Positions 16,710 through 23,331 of a DNA stretch of 23,331 bases are shown here, piece by piece. The stretch's first letter is position 1. Each line of letters starts with the position of its first letter. The notes under the pieces are model-generated. The model searched no databases. It saw nothing but the letters and a program-made list of their open reading frames with translations, and was not told where the DNA came from. Origin of the DNA: an uncultured Fibrobacterota bacterium (GTDB lineage Bacteria > Fibrobacterota > Chitinivibrionia > Chitinivibrionales > FEN-1185); assembly GCA_963753345.1 (NCBI GenBank), contig CAVWBU010000006.1, positions 1 to 23,331 of the forward strand. The letters are read 5' to 3'. A program made the translations under genes and the position numbers.

Positions 16710-18122
16710 CTATCTCGATTTTGCGCTCTTATACGCGTCCGAATACTTGAAATTGCAGAACACCTCCCTGAAGCACTGGCCTTCCGGGCGATTGTACTGG
16801 CCGAGGTAGGAGTCGTATACCACCACCCAGAAATGCGCCAGAGTCATGTGAACGTCCATGGACGGAAGCATGCGCACCATGGGGTTGGAGCCCTGCGAGA
16901 GAACGAGCAGCGAGTCCAGGGGCAGCTTCACGCTGTCGAGCGCGAGGTTTTCGTAGAACCAGTCGTAGTAAAAGGTTTCGAGCGAGTAGTTGTCATAGGA
17001 GAAGCAGCGCGTGCTGTCTTTGGGAATGCTGACGGAATCGGGCAGGGAGGCGAGCGTGAAACGGATCGTGGTGTCGGCGGCCGCCTTGACGCACCGGTTT
17101 TTTACCGAGTAGTACTTGTCGCGGGAGGTGTCGCTTATCACGGTGTCGCGGGAAAGAACAACGCCCGAAAGCGTATCGCCGGCATGAAGCGTGTATTGCA
17201 CCATGCCGCTGTCTGCCGCCAGGTAATAGGAGCTGCCGGTGTCGATGAGCAACGTGTCCTGCACGCTGTCGGGAAAGATCTCATTGTAAAGGTACTGGAG
17301 CCTCCAAGTTCCCGCAAAGCCCGAGTCGAGCGGCGAGAACCCGCGCTTCGGGCCGCCTTTGACAATGTACACGCCGAGCCATCGGATGCGTGGGTTCGTA
17401 TTGACCGGCACGAGCGCCGAGAGCATGGGGATTTGGGCGACGCGGCTGTTGTAGCGGACGACGAAATCAATTTTCTCCGTAAGGTGCTGCCCGTCTCTTG
17501 ACTTTATGTCGGCGAACACGTATGCCTGTATCGAGAATGTGTTGATGAGGACGCCCGCAGCGGCAATCGCGGAATCGAGCAGGTTGCCGGCCGTGTCGCT
17601 GCTGAGCTTTGGCCCCCATTCGGCCAGAAACGCGTTGAGGCTCGCCGGCGACGTAATATTGACGGAAGCGAAAGCCTGCAGGAAAGCGGCGAAGTCCGCC
17701 CTGGACAGCGAGCGCATGGGCGACGGCAGCAGGGGACGAATAAGGGCAAGCTGCTGGTCCGAAATCCCCAGCGTGGTATAGAACACCGAATCCGGAACCG
17801 TAAAGTTGAACACCTGCGAGTCGGGAAGGTCCGAGGCCATGTTGAACACGGGCAACTGCTTGACGTTAAGGAACGTGTCGGTCCCCATGGCGGTGGTGAT
17901 CACGTCCCACGACACGGTCCAGGAAACGCTCGTCGCGCTGTCGCCCGCGAAATAAGCGCGGGCGCGCACCGTGTCGCCGGGCGCGCCTTCGGGATAGATG
18001 CCGTGCGTGTCCAAGAGCACGGTGAGCGGCCTGATCTTGTTCGGTTCGATGCGGTCGTAGCGCGTTGAAAAGGGCGTGCAGGCGAACAGCAGGAGCGCGA
18101 TAAGGAGTGCCGATATTCTCAT
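16710..18122 (-). CDS. Hypothetical lipoprotein, D-[S/T]-rich
   Basis: 470-aa ORF with signal peptide and lipobox LLFAC; no family recognised. Confidence 0.82.
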   Translation of the reverse strand: MRISALLIALLLFACTPFSTRYDRIEPNKIRPLTVLLDTHGIYPEGAPGDTVRARAYFAGDSATSVSWTVSWDVITTAMGTDTFLNVKQLPVFNMASDLPDSQVFNFTVPDSVFYTTLGISDQQLALIRPLLPSPMRSLSRADFAAFLQAFASVNITSPASLNAFLAEWGPKLSSDTAGNLLDSAIAAAGVLINTFSIQAYVFADIKSRDGQHLTEKIDFVVRYNSRVAQIPMLSALVPVNTNPRIRWLGVYIVKGGPKRGFSPLDSGFAGTWRLQYLYNEIFPDSVQDTLLIDTGSSYYLAADSGMVQYTLHAGDTLSGVVLSRDTVISDTSRDKYYSVKNRCVKAAADTTIRFTLASLPDSVSIPKDSTRCFSYDNYSLETFYYDWFYENLALDSVKLPLDSLLVLSQGSNPMVRMLPSMDVHMTLAHFWVVVYDSYLGQYNRPEGQCFREVFCNFKYSDAYKSAKSR

Positions 18123-18222
18123 AGTTCCAAAAAATACTCCAATTCGGGATTAAATATGCAATAAGATAGGATAGGCTTTTGGTGGGGGAAGGACAGCCTG
18201 TCTCAAAACTCAGGAGAAGATC

Positions 18223-18459
18223 TGGGCGCCCCGCCGAAGACGGCGGCGGGACCTGTTCCGCCCTTCCTGTTGGGCGGGGTCTTCCTTCCTGGCTCGGCAC
18301 AAGGCAATAAACATAAATAAGAAGCGCGGAGCGCTATTACCTTACCTTGGGGAACGAAGTGACAATTCGCCTCGTTGCCGGACCGCCCTAGTCGCCTGCG
18401 GCGAGGGTCGGCCGGCAATGCGCTCTGGCGCACCCTTCAGTCCAACCTGGCGCGTGGCA
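18223..18459 (-). repeat. Structured intergenic repeat, copy 8 (divergent right module, reverse)
   Basis: Reverse complement shares GGGTGCGC.AGAGCGCATTG, GGCGGTCCGGCAACGAGGCGAATTGTCACTTCGTTCCCCAAGGTA...ATAGCGCT.CGCGCTTC...TTGCCTTGTGCCG with copies 2 and 5; ends GGGGCGCCCA. Confidence 0.8.
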
Positions 18460-18531
18460 TTGGATAGTTCCACAATTATCATGTGCCTGATTAATAAGAA
18501 TCCAGTTGCGTTGATTCATGATAATTCCAGA

Positions 18532-18714
18532 TGGCGCAAGGAATGTTTCTTTACAGAGAATATTCTCGTTGCCGCGCGTTAGGGGCGACTGGAGGTCCCG
18601 CCATTGCGGGATGCCGCCCGGACCCGGCCCTGTGGGCCATAGGGCCGAGGCGGCCCGAGGCCAGAGGCCGAGACCGGAAGGAGAACCGACCCCGCGAAGC
18701 GGGGGAACGCCCAA
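18532..18714 (+). repeat. Structured intergenic repeat, copy 9 (right module)
   Basis: GTTGCCGCGCGTTAGGGGCGACTGGAGGTCCCGCC...GACCCCGCGAAGCGGGGGAACGCCCAA, near-identical to the right arm of copy 4. Confidence 0.9.
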
Positions 18715-18755
18715 CTCCTCTTTCATTTCTATCATAATCATAATTCATGTTTTCC

Positions 18756-18785
18756 TTGACTCCCATGAACTGTACATACTATTAT
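18756..18785 (+). promoter_or_regulatory. Possible sigma70-type promoter
   Basis: TTGACT (18756-18761), 18-nt spacer, TATTAT (18780-18785) in an AT-rich stretch before the small lipoprotein pair. Confidence 0.4.
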
Positions 18786-18846
18786 TTACCTGTATCTTTT
18801 TCGGGAACATGCGGAACTTGCACTGCAAGGAAGGAGATCGGTTGCC

Positions 18847-19080
18847 ATGAAGAGCCAGAATCTGCTCCGGTTTGTTTGCATCGTCGCGGTCGCTGCGGCT
18901 TGCGGCCTTGCCGGATGCACCAAGGCGCCGTCGAAAGACGATCAGTCCAAACTCGAGGAAGCAAAGAATGCCGCCGAGAGCGCGGAAAAGAAGCTCTACG
19001 AGACAAAACAGGAACGCATGCGCCTGGAAGCGGAAAAGGGCAAGAAACAGGACGACCAGAACAAGGCCGACGACAAGTGA
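18847..19080 (+). CDS. Small coiled-coil lipoprotein A (77 aa)
   Basis: AAGGAG RBS, lipobox LAGC, helical K/E/A-rich body; paralogue immediately downstream. Confidence 0.85.
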   Translation: MKSQNLLRFVCIVAVAAACGLAGCTKAPSKDDQSKLEEAKNAAESAEKKLYETKQERMRLEAEKGKKQDDQNKADDK

Positions 19081-19343
19081 AGGTTCCGCGCACGGCAAGG
19101 CTGGCGGCATGTGCCGCGTGCATCGCCGTTATCGGCCTGAGCGCGGGATGCGCCAGGCATCCAAGCAAGGACGAATTGTCCAAGCTGGACGAGGCTAAAA
19201 GCGCGGCGGAAACCGCGGAGAAAAGACTCGCCGAGCTCAAACAGGAGCGCGTGCGGCTGGAGGCCGATCTTCAGCAGAAGCAGGACGAGCTCAAGAAGGC
19301 CGAAGATGAGCGCGACAATATAAAACAGAAGACCGGCAAGTGA
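19077..19343 (+). CDS. Small coiled-coil lipoprotein B (88 aa)
   Basis: GTG 19077 overlaps the upstream TGA (GTGA); lipobox-like LSAGC; PSKDELSKLDEAKSAAETAEKRL..KQERVRLEA aligns with lipoprotein A. Confidence 0.85.
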   Translation: MKVPRTARLAACAACIAVIGLSAGCARHPSKDELSKLDEAKSAAETAEKRLAELKQERVRLEADLQQKQDELKKAEDERDNIKQKTGK

Positions 19344-19517
19344 ACCGGTGCGTGCCGGTATCCTGACCGCCGGCGGGCAAACGCCGGCTCTGCAGCGGCC
19401 GGGCCGCGGTCGCGCCGACCCGCTTTCGCGGGCAAACCACCGGACCCGGTTCGCCCGGCGGCGCACCCAACACCCGACGCTCGCACAACCGACGCGTTCC
19501 TCCCAAACGATTTCGCC

Positions 19518-21824
19518 ATGAATTCCGAGTCCCGAAGCAGCAACCCGGCCGCGCAAGCGGGCCGTGCCGTCGCGCACCATGCGCGCCGTCTTCTGGCGCG
19601 TGCGGCCCGCGTCGTACCGGCGCCGCTTCTGGTCCTTGCCTACGCCTCGGCGGGCATCGCCCTGTTCTTTCCCTATTCGTCAACCACCCACGCATTCGAC
19701 CTTCCCAAGGAAGGCGAGATCGCCAAGGAAACCATCATTGCGCCGTTTACCTACGATGTTGTCAAGCTGCCGGAGGACTTTGCCCGGGAGCGGCTGGAAG
19801 CGGGCGAGCGGGTGCCGCTGGTGCTCGACTGGGACCAGGAAACCGTAAAAAAAGTCCGGCGCTCGCTCGTCTCCATAAAGTCCGCGCTTGCGGCGGTCCC
19901 GCCCGTTTCCGACTCGATTCCGGGGTTCCCGGGGCTGCATCTGTCGGCCGGCGCGCTCAAGACGCTGCGCCGATCCCCGCACCTGGTCGCGTCGGCGTGC
20001 GACAGGGCGCTTGCGGCCCTTGACAAAGGCATTCTCGCCGTTCCCGTGGTTAAATCCGAGCAGCAGCGCGACCAGCTCGCGGCCCGCTACAACACGCCGT
20101 TTCTCAAGTTTGTGGCCTACGACAAAGACCTGGTGAGCCTGCGCAGAAACTCCAGCGAAATCGCAACAGCCCTTGCAGACCTGCCGGTGAAGGAGCAGGC
20201 GCTCGAGGCGATCACGGCCAAACTCAGGGAAGACCCGACCTTCGACCCGGCGGGCCTTGACGCCGCCTACGAATTGCTGAGCGCCGTTGTGGTGCCCAAC
20301 GTGAATGTCAACGAAGGGGAGACCGCGCGGCGCCGGCAGAAGGCGGAAAACGACGTGCTCGCCGTAAGGGGAAAGGTGATCAAGGAGACCGAGATCGTGG
20401 GCAGGCACCAGGTGGTGACGGCCGATATCGTGGACCGGCTCTATTCCCTGCACAAGACCGAGGAGCAGATGGACCACCGCGGCGTGACGTTCCGTTCGCG
20501 GGCGTCAAACGCGGGCGAGCTTTTGCTGGTGATCGTCGTCCTCTGTTTTCTCGCCGCGTACATGCGGCGGTACGAGTGGCGGGAAGCGGGAAGCGTGAGG
20601 CACGCGGTGGCGATCGCCACCATCGTGGTCTTCCAGGCCGCCATCATCCGGCTGGCGCTGCTCGTTGCGCCCCGGATCTTCGAGTCCGCGGGCGACGCCG
20701 GGCCGCTCGTGCTCGAGTACGTGGTCCCCACGAGCGTGGGGGCCATGCTCGCCGCGATCCTCTTTGATATCCGCACCAGTTTCATCGTGGCCCTGTTCAC
20801 GGCGGTCCTGTTCGGCGTGTCGCAGGGGTTCAACCTCCAGCTTGCGCTCCTCGCCCTGCTCACCGGGCTCGCCGCCGGGTATTTCGCCCGCACCTTCCGC
20901 TACCGCTGGGACTTCATCAAGGCCGTTCCGTGGGTGTCGCTCGTGTACGCCGTTCTTATTCTTATCGCGCAGGGGCTCTTGTCCGAGTTTTCGGCGTCGG
21001 CCTACCTGCAGGACCTCGCGCTTGCCTTTGTCAACTGTATCGCGTCGGTGTTTCTCGTGATGGTGTCGGCCATGCTGTTCGAAAGCGTGTTCGACATCGC
21101 CACCGACATGACGCTCATCGAGCTGTCGGACATGAACAATCCGGTGCTCAAACGCCTGTCCATCGAGGCGGCCGGGACTTACAACCACAGCGTGCTCGTG
21201 GGCAACCTGGCCGAATCGGCGGCAGAGAAGATCGGCGCAAACCCGCTCCGCGCCCGTGTGGCGTCGTACTACCACGACATCGGCAAGATCGAGAAGGCCG
21301 ACTACTTTATCGAGAACGCAAGCGCAAACGACCGCAGCAGGCACACCAGGCTCGCGCCGAGCATGAGCGCGCTCATCATTTCCGCGCATGTCAAGGAAGG
21401 CGTGGAGCTCGCACGGCGCCACAAGCTGCCGCGGGTGATCCGCGACGCCATCCTGCAGCACCACGGCACGAGCACGGTGTCGTATTTTTTCGAAAAGGCC
21501 AGGCAGCTGGACCCGCACAACCAGGTGCGGGAGGACGATTTCCGTTACCCCGGCCCGCTGCCGCAGACGCGGGAAAACGCCGTGATCATGCTCGCCGACG
21601 CGGTGGAGGCGGCGTCGCGCAGCCTGGCGACGAGTTCACCCAAGCTCCTGCGCGAGCTGGTGCGGAAGATCATTCGGGACAAATTCGCTTCGGGCCAGCT
21701 TGACCAATGCGATCTCACCCTGCGCGACCTCGACCGCATCGTGGAGGGATTCATGCCCATCTTGCAGGGCATCTTCCACACCAGGGACCCCAACCCTCAT
21801 AAGGAGAACAACCGTGAACGCTAA
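19518..21824 (+). CDS. 7TM-HD (HDIG) membrane phosphohydrolase, PgpH-like
   Basis: Extracellular domain, about 7 TM segments, L.ELSD.N.P.LKRL..EA.GTY.HS, YYHDIGK, YF.EN, QHHGT, FRYPGP.PQT.E, MLADAVEAASRSL; exact start uncertain. Confidence 0.9.
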   Translation: MNSESRSSNPAAQAGRAVAHHARRLLARAARVVPAPLLVLAYASAGIALFFPYSSTTHAFDLPKEGEIAKETIIAPFTYDVVKLPEDFARERLEAGERVPLVLDWDQETVKKVRRSLVSIKSALAAVPPVSDSIPGFPGLHLSAGALKTLRRSPHLVASACDRALAALDKGILAVPVVKSEQQRDQLAARYNTPFLKFVAYDKDLVSLRRNSSEIATALADLPVKEQALEAITAKLREDPTFDPAGLDAAYELLSAVVVPNVNVNEGETARRRQKAENDVLAVRGKVIKETEIVGRHQVVTADIVDRLYSLHKTEEQMDHRGVTFRSRASNAGELLLVIVVLCFLAAYMRRYEWREAGSVRHAVAIATIVVFQAAIIRLALLVAPRIFESAGDAGPLVLEYVVPTSVGAMLAAILFDIRTSFIVALFTAVLFGVSQGFNLQLALLALLTGLAAGYFARTFRYRWDFIKAVPWVSLVYAVLILIAQGLLSEFSASAYLQDLALAFVNCIASVFLVMVSAMLFESVFDIATDMTLIELSDMNNPVLKRLSIEAAGTYNHSVLVGNLAESAAEKIGANPLRARVASYYHDIGKIEKADYFIENASANDRSRHTRLAPSMSALIISAHVKEGVELARRHKLPRVIRDAILQHHGTSTVSYFFEKARQLDPHNQVREDDFRYPGPLPQTRENAVIMLADAVEAASRSLATSSPKLLRELVRKIIRDKFASGQLDQCDLTLRDLDRIVEGFMPILQGIFHTRDPNPHKENNRER

Positions 21825-22416
21825 GCAAGGCTTCGTGAGGAAGCATTTCTTTATCGACCGCAAGATACAGGGCCGCTACATGCTCACGCTGCTCGTGCCC
21901 ATGCTCATCCTGCTGTTGTTCTTTCTGGTCACCCTCTACTATGCATCGCAGAGCATCGTGAGCACCACCACCAGAGTCATCAAGGAAGACCTGGAGAGCA
22001 AGACCGAAGTCACCTTCCAGGACCAGGTCAACCCGGCGGTGGAAATGTACATGACGAACATCAAGACCTACCTGCGCGATTTCTCGAGCAACGCGAAGTA
22101 CCGGGAGGCCGTGCTCGAACGGCTGGTGCTTATTTTCGGGATCGGCATCCTGCTCATCGTTGCGCAGATCGCGCTGCTCACCGTGTTCTTCTCGCACAAG
22201 CTCGCCGGGCCCATTTACCGGTTCGAAAGGGCCTGCGCGAACGTGATCGCGGGGAATTACACAGAACAGATATTCCTGCGCAAGGGCGACGAGATGCAGA
22301 ATCTTGCGCGGCTGCTCAACGATGTGGTCCGGCTCTCCGCCGAACGCCTGGCTGCGCTTCGTGACGCAGCCACCGACGACGAACGGAAGAAGGTAATCTC
22401 GGGCCTCAAAATTTGA
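21814..22416 (+). CDS. Two-TM membrane protein with a C-terminal HAMP-like domain
   Basis: GTG 21814 behind AAGGAG; RK.FFID.K.Q..Y N-terminus, two TM helices, SHKLAGPIYRF...G......LRKGDE.Q.LA..LN. Confidence 0.82.
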   Translation: MNAKQGFVRKHFFIDRKIQGRYMLTLLVPMLILLLFFLVTLYYASQSIVSTTTRVIKEDLESKTEVTFQDQVNPAVEMYMTNIKTYLRDFSSNAKYREAVLERLVLIFGIGILLIVAQIALLTVFFSHKLAGPIYRFERACANVIAGNYTEQIFLRKGDEMQNLARLLNDVVRLSAERLAALRDAATDDERKKVISGLKI

Positions 22417-22520
22417 TGTTGACTCGCATGAGTGGAGGAACTAATTTAATACATCTTTTTGGCGGGAATTTTTAGGATTTGAAACCGTGTGCGCTCCCTT
22501 TACCAGAGGCGCGGGAAACC

Positions 22521-22730
22521 ATGTTCGGACCACTCAATTACAAGCTGCTTGGAGTGAGCTTCGTCCTGCTCGTCGTCGGCTATATCTGCCTCGGCCAGGG
22601 ACCGGTAAACAACCCGCTGTCGCTGAGCATCGCCCCCGTTATCCTGGTCGCGGTCTACTGCATCCTTCTTCCCATTGCCATCGTGATAAAGGGCAAGGAG
22701 AGCAAGGAGAACGGCGAGAAGAAACGCTGA
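22521..22730 (+). CDS. Small two-TM protein, DUF3098-like
   Basis: FG..NY.LL...L.VVGY.....SL.IAP.ILV..Y pattern recalled for DUF3098; start may be upstream (TTG 22479). Confidence 0.65.
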   Translation: MFGPLNYKLLGVSFVLLVVGYICLGQGPVNNPLSLSIAPVILVAVYCILLPIAIVIKGKESKENGEKKR

Positions 22731-22737
22731 TCGCGAG

Positions 22738-22812
22738 GGGCGTTTAGCTCAGCTGGTACAGAGCACCTGCCTTACAAGCAGGTGGTCGTAGGTTCGAATC
22801 CTACAACGCCCA
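22738..22812 (+). tRNA. tRNA-Val (anticodon TAC)
   Basis: Acceptor GGGCGTT/AACGCCC, D arm GCTC/GAGC, anticodon arm CCTGC-CTTACAA-GCAGG, T arm GTAGG-TTCGAAT-CCTAC; CCA not encoded. Confidence 0.96.
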
Positions 22813-22850
22813 TTTTGCGAATGGCTCCCATATGTTAAGCACACCATCGG

Positions 22851-22927
<77 letters not shown>

Positions 22928-22931
22928 TTAC

Positions 22932-22990
22932 AAGAGCCTTGGATTCCTTGATAAGAGGTTTTCAGGGCTTTCTTATTTCTCTTTTTTCAT
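22932..22990 (+). terminator. Possible terminator-like hairpin after the tRNAs
   Basis: Imperfect AAGAGCCTTGGA...TTTCAGGGCTTTCTT stem followed by a T-rich tract. Confidence 0.35.
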
Positions 22991-23049
22991 ATAAATATGA
23001 CTGTGGTGGGGGGAGGTGTCCCCAAATCCGTTTCTTAATTAAAAAGAAA

Positions 23050-23192
23050 TGGGCGCCCCGCTGCTTCGCAGCGGCGGCCGTCCTTCCGGTCTCGGCCTCC
23101 GGCCTCGGGCTGCCTGCCACGAGGGCCCTGCGGGCCGTGGTCAGGCAGCACCGCGCTTTTGCGCGGCCTCCAGTTCTGCCTGGCGCGGGCAG
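23050..23192 (-). repeat. Structured intergenic repeat, copy 10 (divergent right module, reverse)
   Basis: Reverse complement CTGGAGGCCGCGCAAAAGCGCGGTGCTGCC...GCCCGAGGCCGGAGGCCGAGACCGGAAGGA...CCGCTGCGAAGCAGCGGGGCGCCCA matches the right module. Confidence 0.8.
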
Positions 23193-23331
23193 AAGAGATT
23201 CTCCTAGGTAGATCTCAATTACCCTCGCCAAGCTGCCAGGGGGGGGGCAGGAGGGCGAAATCGATTTCGTTGCATTTTGGGTTGGCGGGATGGATAATAA
23301 GGGGTTGACGTGAGGACGTTTTCTTGTTGGC

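Noticed and set aside
19344-19517. GC-rich gap with GGCAAAC motifs before the HD gene as a c-di-GMP-I riboswitch
   Set aside because: Lacks the GNRA tetraloop and the GACGCAAA-type second motif; an Infernal search would be needed to revive it

Overview
GC-rich bacterial chromosomal window. Lineage is an inference only: Bacteroidetes-type IlvC, a DUF3098-like protein and D-[S/T]-rich lipoproteins point to an FCB-group organism, possibly Fibrobacterota. The left half is a branched-chain amino acid operon (sigma70-like promoter, Leu/Ile/Val-rich leader peptide with a classical attenuator, then ilvB-ilvH-ilvC-leuA-leuB-cimA-ilvE; leuC, leuD and ilvD are not in the window). The right half holds a PlsC-type acyltransferase, ychF, a small membrane protein, three secreted/lipoprotein genes, two paralogous small coiled-coil lipoproteins, a 7TM-HD phosphohydrolase, a HAMP membrane protein, a DUF3098-like protein, tRNA-Val(TAC) and tRNA-Asp(GTC). 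The most striking unexplained signal is a modular, highly structured intergenic repeat family: about 10 full or partial copies of about 125-540 nt, roughly 12% of the window, on both strands. Its stems show compensatory changes, it has many GAA/GNA triloop hairpins, modules are shuffled between copies, REP-like palindromes are nested inside it, and its left module is always co-oriented just after a stop codon. No cognate transposase is present in the window.
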